Position numbers and translations under genes: made by a program. A model generated the notes under the pieces. It saw only the letters and a program-made list of their open reading frames with translations. It was not told the DNA's origin and made no database searches. From Protoeuglena noctilucae (taxonomy: Eukaryota): a stretch of 64,000 bases of DNA. Below, one piece after another: positions 36,614 to 49,677 of this stretch. The stretch covers positions 124,001 through 188,000 of the forward strand of contig OY253683.1 of the NCBI GenBank assembly GCA_958009085.1, in the 5' to 3' direction. Numbering within the stretch: position 1 is the stretch's first letter; each line of letters opens with the position of its first letter.

Positions 36614-38749
36614 CTTCAGGCCGACGACTGCGGGAGGGGGAGAGAGTGCTAGTGAGCGTCGACGGGGGCGCACCCAGGCATGAGAGGCGCACCCACCCTG
36701 GGTGGCCAGCGCAGATGAGGCAGGGGTGCATGGGACACCCGCGCGGCGCACCCGACCGGGAGATGCCGCGGTCGTCCGTGAATCCCGACATCGGCATGTC
36801 GCTCCCGGTGCCGTGGGAGGGTGCCGCCCGGGCGGTGGCGCCGCGGGGGGAGGCACACCCACACCCGTCTGCGAGGTCGGTCGAGGCGGACGACTCGCTG
36901 CCCCGGGCCGTGCTTGCCTCCGAGTCGGCGGGTCCGCAGAAACCGCACCCCTCCCCGCACTCGACGGCACCGCGCTCTCCGAGCAGGGCCTGCGGCGGGC
37001 GGGCGCGCGGTGTTTGAAAGCTCGTGGCGGCAAGGGCACCCGCGCGCGAGCGATGCGCTGGCCGACGCGATCCCCGGCAACTCCCGTCGCGTCCCTGCAT
37101 CGCCGAGTTATTCCATGCCCTACTTCGCGGGAAGGCCTCGCGGGGAAGCGGGCCCGTCCTGCACCCAGCATGCGCCAACACCGGGCCCAGCCGCGCGAAG
37201 GGGCCCCCGGGAGCCGCTGGGGAGAAAGCCACATGTGCACTCCCCAGACAGAACGTCACCTGGCTATCGGATGAGGGCTGGAGTGGCCCAAGACCTGCGG
37301 GAACGGGGCGGGAGCGACGGTTGGAGGGCGGCCGACCCACGGGCGATCGCTGCGGATCTGAAACACGGCAGACGACGAGATAATCGAACGTAGATGCCGG
37401 AGGTGTCCTCCATCGGGCCCCCCCACGCACAGCCGAGCGCGTGGTCGTGGCACGACGGGGTCGCGCACGAGGGGGTCGTGCGAGCGGCCCGAGGGGTCGA
37501 AGCGACAACATAAAGGCAAGAGAGTGAAAAGGAGGGGTCGGATACGCCATCGCCTCGCGCCTTCGTTCGACATCCTCCCCCAAAGCGCTTGTGGGGGCCG
37601 GGGAGCGGGTCTCTCGACGTCCAGGAGCGTCTCAAGCGACAAAGCGCACGGAGGCGCAGGGACAGGGACGCGCGGCGTCCGGCCGCCCGCAGTCGGCACC
37701 AAGAAAGGTCTCTCTCCCCGGGTCCGGGCCGTGCGCGGAGTCCCTGGTTAGCAAACGCCACGAGGGCGCGGCCGGCGCTCTCCGGTGCCTGGGCAGGCCG
37801 GGACGGCTCAAAGCGGGGACCCCACCGACGGTGTCAGCCGACCGGGGGCGGTAGCCGCTCCGTCCGCGACCCGCACAGCTGTGTCACAAGAAAAAGGCGC
37901 GGCGGGAGCCCTCCCGGGCGCGACAGGGACGGCTTCTCGCGGGGGAAAGGGCTAACAACAGCAAGAAGGCAGGGCAGCGAGAAACCCGGCGGACCTCAGC
38001 GCGGTCGTCTTCGCCGTTCCGCCAATTCAGGAAGTAAGGTATCACCTGCGACTGCGCGAATGGGCGCAGGCCTTCCCGGCGCCGCAGTCAGCCCGCCGTG
38101 GGTGTCGCCGCGACTCGCCCTCGCTGGTCTCCCCAATCCCCGCGCTAATTCACATGCGAACTACGCTAGCACACTGCGCGGCTGCTTTCCGGCGCGCTGA
38201 ATTCCGAATAATTACCCGACAGTTCGTCGGGCAGCCCCCTGTCAGACGGACCCCACACGCCCCCGAAGAGATTTGGCCGTCCCATTTACTTCAGCAGGCC
38301 CAAGTCATAGCCTGGGGGGTGGTTGTCCTTCGAGATGGGCGCGAATCTGAGGAGGAAAGGTCACCATGCCATCGCTGAGACCGGAGGCGTGCGGCAAGCA
38401 CCAAATTCCCCGCCTGGGAAATGCAGACAATTGGCACCTGTCCCATCCCTCGGCCTTGACGCGCTTCTGACGCTCGGCCTCGCGCCGGGCCCTGCGAGCG
38501 GGGGCAGGTAGGCACGGTCCAGTGTGGTTCCCAGCCGCAGCCAAGCGCGAGGCAAAAGCACCTTCCCACCGCTAAAGACGCCGAGATCCCTCTGCCCCCC
38601 CAACCTCCTCTCACCTGACCTCCGCCAAGCGCTCCATATCAGAGCGTCGCTCGCGAGCTGTCCTCCCCATCTCCTCGTCCTCCTGCGCGAGCGGACTGGG
38701 GCCAGCTTGGTCGACACCCGCCCCTTTTGCCGCACATTGTCTGGCTACA

Positions 38750-39448
38750 TCATATCGAACACCAGTCAGGACTCGCCTTGCTGGGCTTCTTCACGTCCTT
38801 GACCTTTGCCTGCGAAGCAAACATGGCCATCAGCTCGGCGTCTCCGCCCTCGGAACTATCGTCCGAGTCGCTCTCCTCCTCCTCCTCCTCTTTCTTCGCC
38901 TTGGCCCCCTTTCGTGCCGCACGTCGCCCACCCGCCTCCTCCCCGGCCTTCTCCGCCCCCTCCTCCTGGATTTTCGGCATCTCCCGCTGGACGCGATCCC
39001 GGAACTCCTCGCGAGTCTGCGCAGGCAGACGCAGGGGCGGCCCTTGCTCCGGCGCGGCGGGTCGAGGGCTCGCAGTGCAGCGCCCGCAAACATCCTGGCC
39101 GCCAGGTCGCTCCGCCGCCGCTTCCGGCGGCGCCGCACCTCCCCCTCCTCGCTACTGTCGCTGTCGGCTTCGGCCTTGCGATCCGGGGCCGCTGCCTCAA
39201 CGGGCTCGCCCCACTCGCCGCCCTCGTCCCAGCCCCCGCGCTCGCGGGCCCCCCGGCGATGGTCCTGCGCGCGTCGACAGTCGCGGCACGATGGCGGGAG
39301 GACACATTTGCCAACGGCAGCCCCCGCGACTGCCGCATCGGCCCAAGGAGTCGCGGTTGGGCCGCTTCGTCCGGAGCGCACAACGCACCTTTTCCCTGCC
39401 CTTCCCCTTGCGCGGCGGCGTGTCGCGCTCCTTGCCACCTCTGCCCAT
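38750..39448 (-). CDS. Small, highly charged hypothetical protein (~150 aa, 3 exons)
   Basis: MGRGGKERDTPPRKGKGREK|DHRRG..SEEGE|TREEFRDRVQREMPK..KKEEEEEESDSDD..PDWCSI*, joined by phase-0 GT-AG introns. Confidence 0.55.
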
Positions 39449-39955
39449 GGCTTCCGCTCTCCCTCGGTCACAACTGCGTCTATGGAGACGGTCGCAAGCT
39501 TCGTCTCGACCCACTCGACCTCACGCCGCTCCTACCGACCATCCCCAATGCAACGGCCATCTACACTCCATACTTAACCCACAAGTACGCACTGGAGCCC
39601 ATTCCACGCTCCCTCTCGCCCAGTTCACCTGGTCTTCCCTGCCTGAGTCGCGGGGTCCCAGTTCGACGACGGTCCCAGCGCCGCGTTGTCTTGCCGATCA
39701 CACATACGCGGGAGGGGCATTCATAGCTGCCCGGCCCTGAACGCTGGGGCGTACCCTACCCTGCCAGCAAGCCCGGGACCTCGAGAACCTGTATCTTTCC
39801 TCCCCATCTCGATTGTGGGATAGCCGGCACCGCAGGGTGGGAAGACCATTCATAGAATTCCTCTCCCGGGGTCCCTGGTGTGCCAAGACGGGCCGGGAGA
39901 GAGCCACTGCTAATCTAGCTCTCCTCTCGCTTGTTGGTTGCTTGGGTGTGTCGTC

Positions 39956-42245
39956 ATGGTGCCGGCTCCCGCGTCTGTCGCCCCGGCGGCCGGCGGATTC
40001 GGTGCGTACCTCTGGAACGTCGCACGCTGGGGGCTGGCCGCCACGATAAGCGACATCAAGCTCCTCGAGCGGGTGGGGGAGACCTTCCGCGCCTACCATG
40101 GCCGTGGCATCGTCGAGGTGAGGCCCGGGAACGACGAGGGAGTGGGCCCCGTGTCGAACGAGGACGCCTTGTCCTGCTCACACGATAGGGACTCTTCTCT
40201 GGATCAGCTGATGCCGGCCGTGCGTATGCGCGCATCCTCGCTCGTCGGCTATGCTCGGTCGCGCTTCTCCCCGCAGGTCTTGCTCATATGCACGATTGTT
40301 TACCTCTTCGTGATGAAGCCGACCGAGCGGGCGCCGCGGGGCGGGGTGGAGGAGCTGACGGAGCAGGAAATCGACGATCTTTGCAAGGAGTGGCAGCCGG
40401 AGCCGCTGGTCCCCCCCGCCCAGCCCGCGGCCCCGCGCCACGCTGTGGTGATGGACGGTCCGCCCCTCCCGCGGTGCGCCGCGCGGCAGGGGACTCCGCG
40501 CGCCCATTCCGCCAGATGTTCAGTGCGCAACGTTGTACCTCACCGCGCCCGCGCGTCCCTGTGGGTCTCGCAGGGTCCGCATCGAGGGGCGTTCTCTGCT
40601 GAACATGGGCACGAGCAACTTCCTGGGCATGTCGGGCCGCGACGACGTCCAGAAGCGGTGCGCGATGACGATCGAGCGCTACGGCATGGGCGCGTGCGGC
40701 CCTCGCGGGTTCTACGGGACGATTGACGTCCACCTCGACCTGGAGGCGAGTGCACAAAGCACGCTGTGCCTTTTGTCAGGTAGTCGGCGCCCCACCGGTC
40801 GCGCATGCGATTCCTGCTTGTCGCGCAGAAGCAACTGGCGGACTTCCTGGGCACGGAGGAGTGCATCATCTACTCCTCCGACATCGCGACCGTGTCGTCC
40901 GTCATCCCGGCGTTCGCCAAGAGGCTGGACGTCGTCATCCGGTGCGGGCCGCGGGCTGCGAGTTCCCCAGCCGCGATGCCGGTGCATGGCGGCCACGCGG
41001 GAACGGCGGCGCGCGAAGCTGGTCCGCTGTGCCTTTGGACGCTGCAGGGACGAGGGGTGCAACTACGCGATCCAGCAAGGGTGTCAGCTCTCCCGCGCGC
41101 ACCTCGGGACCTTCCGGCAAAACGACCCGGGCGACCTGGACGCGGCCATTGACAAGATGGAGCGGCGTCTCAAGGGCCGGCCCCTCACGCGTCGCTTCGT
41201 GGTGGTGGAGGGACTGTACCAAGACTGGGGCGACCTGAGCCCGCTGCGGTGAGGCGGCCCATGCGGGGCAGTAGCAGTTGCGGGCAAGCGTGCCGGGGGC
41301 TCTCCCAGGCAATCGCTGGGGGCGCAGCTGTCATCGACGCGCCCTCATGCGTGCCGTCGCAGGGAGATCGTGGCAGTGGCGGAGCGGCGCAAGTACCGCG
41401 TGATTCTTGACGACTCGTTTGGGATCGGGGTGCTCGGGAGGACGGGGCGGGGCTCCTTGGAGCACCACGGGATGCGGGCGACGTGAGCCTGGGCCGGGGT
41501 GCTGCTCGCGTGCTTGGCCTGGCGACTGCGTAGTTCGCGCACTGCGCTGCGCCCTGCGACGGCAATGGCGAAGCTCACGGCTGCACAATCCCCGTGAGCC
41601 CTCAGGGACGTGATGGCGGTGGTGGGGAGCATGAGTGGGTCGCTGGGGAGCATCGGGGGTTTCTGCGCAGGCAACGTCGAGGTCGTGGACCATCAGAGGC
41701 GAGCTGGCTATCGGGTCGCGCGTCTGTCTCGCCGCCAAGCACCTGTCACGTGGCGCTCACCGGGGCTGTTGCCACCCTGGACGCGCAGGTTGGCGGGGGC
41801 CGGGTACTGCTTCAGCGCGGCGCTGCCGCCCTTCCTGGCGACGGCGGCGTCCGCCGCGCTGGAGCTGATCCAGGCGCAGGAGGGGCAGGAGCTCCTGCGG
41901 CTGCTCCGGCGCAACGCGGCGCGGCTGCGGGCGCTGCTGCGGGGGTGCCCGGGGCTGGAGGTGCACGGGGAGGATGAGGAGTCGCCGATCGTCATGCTTT
42001 TCCTGGAGGCTGAGGGCGAGAGGGCGCGGGCGGGACGGGACGAGCAGGTGGCGATGCTGGACAGGGTGGCACAGGAGGCCATGGCCCGCGGCCTGCTCGT
42101 GTCCGTGTCGCAGCTGTCGTACTTCGACGTCACGACGGCGCCGGTGGCCCTCAAGCTGCAGCCCATGGCGCTGCACACGGAGAGGGACCTCGAGGAGGCG
42201 GCCAGGATCGTCAAGGAGGCCGCGGGGATTGCCCTGAAGGGGTAG
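39956..42245 (+). CDS. LCB1: Serine palmitoyltransferase subunit 1 (LCB1/SPTLC1)
   Basis: An N-terminal TM segment is followed by EIDDLCKEWQPEPLVP, NMGTSNFLG, YGMGACGPRGFYGTIDVHLDLE, VVEGLYQDWGDLSPL and HQR|LAGAGYCFSAALPP. The PLP lysine is absent, as expected for LCB1. Confidence 0.95.
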
Positions 42246-42400
42246 ATGGACCGACTGACGCGTGAAACTCGCTCGCACCGCAAGATGACGTTGAATGCAC
42301 AAGGCTCGGGAGAGTGGCACGGTTGGAAGGGCACGGCCGACCCTGCACGCGGGTCTGATTGGCGCGGGCATCGCATCTGAGCAGGTTTCTGGGGCCAGCA

Positions 42401-44435
42401 ATGCGGCACCTCGGCCTGGCGCCAAGCGCGGAGCTCGCGAGCGCAAGCCATAGTGTTTGCGCCATCCGCTACGCTCCTTTCCGTGCGGTGGGGACGCGCC
42501 GGGTGTGGCGCGCGCGTCCGGAGGCGAGGCTGCGGCAATGCAGGGCAGTGCCTGCGGCGAGGGACGAGAGTGGAGCGTGCAAGCGCAATTTCGAGTGCCG
42601 GGGTCGCGACGATGTTGTCGTTGGCGTAATTGGCGATCTGCACCTCAAGGATGCCGAGGAACATCTCTTCTCGGAGGCGCAGAGGCAGATGCGCCGCATC
42701 CTGGGGTGAGTGAGTGCCGAATCGCACCCCGGCATCGGCCCGCGCCGCGCCTCTCATGGAACCGCCTCCTCCCGCAGGTCTGCGCCGGTGGGGCGCGTCG
42801 TGCAGCTCGGTGACGTGGGATCCGGCAAACTCTCGGGCACTCGCGAGGCGTTCCTGGCCGCGAAGGGCTATCTTGAGGGGCTAGGTGTGCCTTTCATGGT
42901 GATTACGGGGAACCACGACCTCGAGGGCCCGATGTTTGAGACAGACGAGGAGAACCTGGCCGCCTGGGCTGACGTCTTCAATCAGAGGTGCGCAAGTCGA
43001 GTGCGTGCCGGGGGCTGCGGCGTCATGGGCCAGCCATGTGCCTCAGCCACGTGCCCGCCGACGCTCGCAGGCACTTCTGGTCGGCCGACGTGGGCCCTGC
43101 GGTGCTGGTCGGGCTGAGCACCGTGCGATACCGCAGCAACCCGCAGAGCCACCACGAGGTGTACATCGACGAGGAGCAGATTCGGTGGTTCGAGGACGTC
43201 GTGCGGCGCAACAGGTGCGCATGAGCGGCAGCGCTAATGCAGAGAGACACCAGTACGTGCTCACCACTGACGGTCGCTCCACGCCTGGTGTGACTCTGCA
43301 GGGACAAGCCTGTGGTGGTCTTCTCGCATGCCCCGCCCCTGGGCTGCGGGCTCAAGGTGGTCCAGGACTTGCACGTCAAGAATCGCTGTTGCTGGCTCAA
43401 CCACTCGGGGGACGCCCTGCGCTTCCTGCGCATCTGCCACGAGAACCCCAACATCCGCGTGTGGTTCTCTGGCCACTTCCACCTCTCCCACAACTACCGC
43501 GAGTCGATCTCGAGCGTCGGGACGTGCACGTTCGTGCAGACGGGCGTGCAGGGCAACTGCAACCGGGGTGAGAGGCGGTGGGCACTGCATGGCAACGGCA
43601 GCCGGCGACGCAGGTGAAGTGGTGGCCCTGCCATGGCAACTGCAACCGGGGTGAGGCGGTGGGCGTGGCAATGACGGCCCGGCGCAGGTCACGTGGCTCT
43701 CGCATCGCTGGCGCCGCTCGCCATGATCACTGGCAACTCGTCGCGTCGCAGATGGGCTGAGGCAGAGCCGCCTCCTGCGCCTCACATCCCAGGGTTACGA
43801 GGTCCAAACGCTCGACCACGAATCGGGCCAGACTCGCGTCGACGTGCGACACGACTGGCAGGACATGTCTCCCGCCGTGTCCCTGCTGGGGGAGGTGAGA
43901 CCCGCTGCCAGTCATTGGTGGGAATGGCGTACGCTTTCCCACGCCCTCACAAGACACGCTCTCATGTGTCTTGCCCAAGTGTCACGCCCGCCTGTCTCCG
44001 CTCGCCCAGGAGGAGCTGCTCTGCGACCCTGACGCCGGGTGGCTCTGCGGCCGGGACTCGTGCGCGATTGGGGAGGACGTGGATGGCGTGAGGTGGTTCG
44101 CTGCGGGTGGGGACTGCATGCTCGCACAGCAGGGGGGCCTGCTGGTGGAGTACAGCGTCGCGGGGCGCGCCCCCGTCGGGGTGGTCACGTTGGACGCGGC
44201 GCTGCCGAAGGACGGCCGGGGTTGGGACTGCTGGCTCGAGGACGCGGCTGGCAAGGCCGTAGTCACGGGGGACGGGTTGGACGCGGCGTTCGTCGTGCTG
44301 CGCGATGTGGCTACGGGCGAGGAGCAGCGGTTTCCACGCAACGAGCAGGGCACGTTCTACCGGATCTTCCAGCCCAACAAGTGGCAGAAGATGTTGCGGC
44401 AGCGTCAGATCTCTGGCGCTGAAGTGCTCGCTTGA
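42401..44435 (+). CDS. Calcineurin-like metallophosphoesterase with a transit-like N-terminus and a C-terminal extension
   Basis: All five MPP motifs are present: GDLH, QLGDVG, GNHD, FSHAP and SGHFH. Confidence 0.88.
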
Positions 44436-44772
44436 TCGAAGGGACCCGTGACAACGTTTCGCTGGCTCACATTTGAACCGTTCCAGTCCCGCTGGCCGTC
44501 TGCGCCTGGGCAGGCGACGCGCGATTCGCTGGGGGTCGGGTGCGCACGCGCGCCTAACACCCCTTCCGTTGGGGCGAGCGATGTCGGTTCCGCTGGTCGC
44601 GACCAAGCTTGCGGCAGCGGAGAGTAGGCAGGCGCTGGGCTCGTGCCCCTGGGTCAGCGCGAGGCGATGGAGGTGAGCATTGATTGCGCCTCGTCGCGGC
44701 CCGCGCCGGTCCCGGGCCCGGCCTTGGCTTCCCGGCGATCCACTGCCCGTGTTACCTGAATCGACCCGAGAG

Positions 44773-47700
44773 ATGATCGCGACTGCAAAGTCTCGCCCAT
44801 CCGCGCGCCCTCGCCCGCCCCCGGCCCTGCTACAAGCATGCCCCCATCTCGCCTCCACGGTTCGCGGGGTGGATAGGTACGGCCCCACGATCCCCGCAGG
44901 TCTCCACATGAAAGCAGGATTGTGCGTTCGCCGACGTCTCTGACGTCGCTTTCGACGGGGGGCCGCCGCGGCACGGCGAGATGCAACGCCCAGCGCAACG
45001 ACAGCGCCCAGGTGTCGCCGGGCATCTTCCCCGCGGGTCGCAAGCAGGCGTCCGTCTCCATTCCAGCTCTGTTTATCGAATGCACGGCGGATGAGGTCCT
45101 GGACGACGCGGAAACCGCAGGAACGCTCGACGAGGCGATTCAGGCCGGCGCGACGGCCGTGGTTCTGGGAGGCGAGCACGCGGACGCCGCCGCCGCTGTG
45201 CGCGGAAGATAGTGTGTCGATGCTCCGACTGCCTGGGCGACTGGGAGGAACCGCGGAGCTTCGCTGACGCCGCAGATCCGATGGGGGCTCAGGGTGGGGC
45301 TCGGCTGTACGAGGCGGCAGTCCAACTGAAGACCCTCCTGCGTGGGCGCGCCACGCTTCTCGTGCGTGACCGCGCCGACATGGCGAACGCGGCGGAGGCC
45401 GACGGGCTGGTGCTGAACGCGGGCGGGGTGCCAGTGGTGGTGGCGCGGCGCATGATGGCCGGTGCTGGGGTGCTGGTCGGGGCCACCTGCCGCACGGTGG
45501 ATGCGGTGGCGACGGCGGCCGCGGACGGCGCGAACGTGGTCCTGCTCACGGACACCTCCGCAACGTCCATCGCGGACGCCCGGCGTGCCCAGCGCGCCGC
45601 GTCGATCCCCGTCGTGGTGCAGGTGGGCAGTGCTGGTTGCTTGTAATGCAACTGCCTGACTTCTTGCGACATTCCCGGTTGCGAGCTGTCTTCGCGTCGC
45701 GTGCAGGTCGACGCGGTTGCTGTGGCGGAGGAGGTGTGCGCAGCGACGCAGGTGGACGGCGTGGCGCTGCCGCTGTCGTCGGTACGGCAGGACACGAGCG
45801 CCGTCGTCCGGCGGCTGCTGGCCCGCATCGAGGATTCTGGGGCCCCGCAGCCTTTGCCTTCGTCCGTGGACTTCTTTGGGCACGAGTCGGATCCCACCCG
45901 GGCGCGCATCGCCGACGCCGACGCGGCATCGACCGGGTTCCGCCCGGGCCGCGGGCAGCTCCTCTCCGACGAGACGGAGGCGCTGGTGAGGGAAACGAAG
46001 CGAGAAACGGCTCGATCGCGGCGCAGAAGTGTCCTCTTTGAGGGTTGCAGTCTCGCCCACCTTGACTGTGCCTGGAGCTTGTAACCCGGCGCTTGCGGCC
46101 GGGACGCTCGACGATCCGGTGGCTGTACGCAGGTTGTGAGGGAGAAGCGGACGCTGGGGACGGTGCAGGAAGTGCTGCAGGCCGCGTGCCCGGCGATGCA
46201 GGAGCTGGCGCTCCTGAGGGACGCCCTCCTGCAGCTGGACGAGCTCTTTCTGGTGGTGGTCGTCGGTGAATTTAATTCGGGGAAGTCGAGGTGAGGACGC
46301 GGTCGCGCACGCGTGCCGGGGCAGCGATGTCCTCGACCGTCGTCGTCGCCCTGCCCGACGCGCCTGCCTGCTTGGACGCACCCCCGCAGCGTGATCAACG
46401 CCCTGTTGGGGGGGAGCTTCCTTCCCACGGGCATCTTGCCGACCACAAACGAGATCAACGTGCTGAAATATGCGAGCGAGGAGGACGCGGCCGTGACCCA
46501 GGCAAGAGCGCTGAGCGCGGGCGGGGCATGCCTCGCGACGAGTGCGCAGGCTACGGTGCACGAACGACGATGGTTCGTGCTTATGTTGATTCGCCACGGC
46601 GCGTCCCTCGTCTGCGACCTCTCAACCTCGTATCGCGTCGCAGGAGGCGGACGGCCTGTACGTGCGCACAATCCCCGCCGAGCTGCTGAAGGAGCTGAGC
46701 GTGGTGGACACTCCCGGCACCAACGTCATCCTCGGCCGGCAGCAGCGCCTGACGGAGGAGTTCGTCCCGCGCGCGGACCTGGTGCTGTTTGTGCTGTCGG
46801 CCGACCGGCCCTTCACCGAGTCCGAGGTGCGAGGCTGACGTGACGCAGCTCACTGGCAAGCACAATCACTGGCGAGCTTGAGCACGTTCATTCATGTCGC
46901 TGCATAGTTGATAGTACTTTGGGTATCGCAGGTTGTGGCTGCAGCTGCAGCATGCACCGTCAGCTCCTCTCCCCATCGCAGGTGACCTTCCTTCGGTACA
47001 TCCGGCAGTGGGGCAAGAAGGTGGTCTTCGTGGTGAACAAGGTGGACCAGCTGGGCGGGGAGCAGGAGGTGCAGCAGGTGGTGCAGTTCGTGTCAGAAAA
47101 CGCCGCCAGTATCCTGGGGGTGCGCGACTCGGCCGTCATCCCCGTCTCGGCGCGCAAGGCTTTGGCGGCCAAGAACGCCGTGCGGGACAGTGACGGGGAG
47201 AGCAGCGGGGTGCTCAGGTGAGGGTGTGAGAGCAGCGGGGTGCTGAGGTGAGGGTGTGAGGGACAGGGACGGGGAGAGCAGCGGGGTGCTAAGGTGAGGG
47301 TGTCTCTGCAAATCGACGCGGCAATTCACATGCACCTTTCTTCTCCCCTCCTCTACTGCATAAGGTCCCATGCATGCCATGCCATGCGCACCTACCACCA
47401 GAGGGTTTGTAACCCTCAACCCCCCTGCCGGGCTGCATGTCTTCTAACAGCTGCCCTGCGCGTGCGGCCCCCCCGCAGCACGGTGGACGTAGACGAGCTG
47501 CGGACGTCCGAGGAGTGGGCAGAGTCGCGCTTTGAGAGGCTGGAGCAGTTTTTGGTTGTTTTCCTGGGCGGCCAGGGCGGGGGCGGGGAGGTGGTGCGGC
47601 TCAAGCTGCAGACGCCCATCAGCGTGGCATTGGCGCTGCTCGAGGCGGCAGAGAGACAGATCGCCGGGCAGCTGCGGGCGGTGGAGGGAGACCTCGCCGG

Positions 47701-49412
47701 GGTGGAGGGCGTCAGGCGCGTGCTGGTAGCAGTCACGGCTGATCGCAGTCACGGTGTGCAGTGAGGGCTGCGCCTGCGGTGCACTGCTGGAGGGTCTGAA
47801 GGGATGCGTCGTGTGAGTCTGTCGTTCGCAGGAAGAACATTCGGGCGTTCTGGGACAGCATGGCAGAGGACTCGGGGGTCCAGGTGGACCGGGTGATGGA
47901 GGCGATTGAGGGGATGTATCAGGTGAGTGGTCGTAAGAGTTGACCACATGAAGAGGGGATGTATCAAGTGACTGGGCACGGGGGTAGGGTGGGGGTGTCG
48001 GAGGCGGTTGCAGTGACAGACAAAGACTAAGCATTGCTCACGCGGCACCGGTCTTTAAGCATCAGGCGTACCCGCAACGCCCCATGTGCCATGCGATGGC
48101 GTCCCTTGCACACATGCACCCCGCCCAGCTGCTTGCTTGGTACGAGTGGTACGATCCACCCCGCTGTCGCTGCGCAGTGTCTCGAGGACGCGGTGGACGA
48201 CGTCCTTCAGATCCAGGCGTGGGGCAAGGCGGCGCAGTACCTGTTGGGGACCAACGACCCCTCGGCCCTCCCCATCGCGCGCGCCCTCAAGGGACAGGTG
48301 TTTGGGGGAGCGGTGGACCAAGTCGAGGCCGTGGCGGCAGAGCACACCGACTTCGTCCGAGAAAACAGGCGAGGGCCGCGTGTTGAGAGCTATAGCGCAG
48401 CATGGGATGTGACGTGCGATGTTGAGTGCATTGCGTGGTCGGCTAATGGGGTGCCTGACCGGGTGCTCCCACCCGCCTCGTCCCGCAGCTTACAGCAGCT
48501 TCAGAACTACCAGGCATGGGCACGCGCGAGGGCAGAGAACTGGGGGATCGAGCTGCCACCCGCGGACGTGCCGGCTGAGCTGCGGCCTGAGTCAAGTCCC
48601 AGGGAGGGCCCGAACGCTTTGGCCCGGGGTATCGTGTCGGCCATCCGGTGAGGCACGGGGAGGATGCGACACACTGAGTCATACTCAGCAGAGCAGCAAT
48701 GTCCCATCACAGGCGCCCCTTTGCGTGAGCGCCGGATGGAGCGGATGTAGCCTCGCAGCTGGGAACTCCCAGAATGCCCGCTCCCTCGCAGGGAGTTTGA
48801 CCAGGAGGCGGCGGTGGTGGAGCTCGAGGCGGGGACCAAGGAGGCGGTGGTGACGACCGCCACGTACCTGGGAGGGGCGGTGGCGGGGGTGTTCCTGCTC
48901 ACGTCCATCATGCAGACGGGGATGGAGGACTTCCTGTCGCTGGTGCGCAACTTCTGACTCGGGGCCCGTGGCGCGCGTGCTGCCCTGCCTGAGCAGCTGC
49001 GACGGGTGCGCCGCTCTTGCCGCAGTGTCTGTGCGCGGCTGCGGCGTACGCGGGGATCATCACGCTGCCCCTGCGGCGCGCCAAGGTCAAGGCGTCGGCC
49101 CGGGGGCAGATCCAGGGCATCAAGGACCGCGTCGCGGGGCTGATGGCGGAGGAACTGGAGACGGGGGTCTCGGCGGTCGAGCGGGCCCTGGAGAAGGTGC
49201 GCTTGCCGGCTGGCTCGTGCGATGCTTGAAACGCAGCGCGATTCTCATGATGCGCTGCGGAACGAGCGCGGCGGTCGCGTCCGCAGGCGCTGCGGCCCGT
49301 GGAGGAGCGCGCCCAGTTGGAGAAGCAGCGCGTCGAGGAGCTGCAGGAGATGTTACGGGAAGCAAAGATTCAGGTCGAGAAGCTTCAGGATGACGTCAAC
49401 AGGATCCAATAG
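44773..49412 (+). CDS. FZL: FZO-like chloroplast dynamin-related GTPase FZL
   Basis: The N-terminal region reads IFPAGRKQASVSIP and RLYEAAVQLKTLLRGRATLLVRDRADMA (thiamine-phosphate-synthase-like barrel). The GTPase motifs are G1 GEFNSGKS, PTTNEI, DTPGTN and NKVD. Two C-terminal TM segments and a coiled coil follow, with TAG at 49410-49412. Confidence 0.93.
47192..47303 (+). repeat. Triplicated FZL exon end plus donor (gagagcagcggggtgctnag|gtgagggtgt)
   Basis: Copies lie at ~47192-47227, ~47228-47257 and ~47268-47303. Confidence 0.95.
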
Positions 49413-49677
49413 CTGCTTAATAGCAGCTTATTGGATCCTCTGTGAGTGCTGGAAGGGCAGGGTAAAGGGGGCGCTGTTTCGACACCGAAGGTTCTTCGGC
49501 TGGCCCGGGACTGCCTCCGCGGCACTGCTTGAACACTGCCTTTCGATCACGGTGTACACTCAGACGACTAGACCATTAGGGCGCTGATCGTCTTCGACAA
49601 CAGAGCAGCGGCTCCCCGGCGCACACACCGCTGAGAAGAGGAGGCGGCTTTGCATGGACTGAACTGTAGAGCAACAG

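Noticed and set aside
41610..41670. Missing PLP-binding lysine in the aminotransferase-fold protein (GSMSGSLGSIGG)
   Set aside because: This is normal for the LCB1 subunit; the lysine is supplied by LCB2.
45000..45650. Thiamine-phosphate-synthase-like barrel fused to a dynamin GTPase as a novel fusion
   Set aside because: This is the known architecture of plant and algal FZL.
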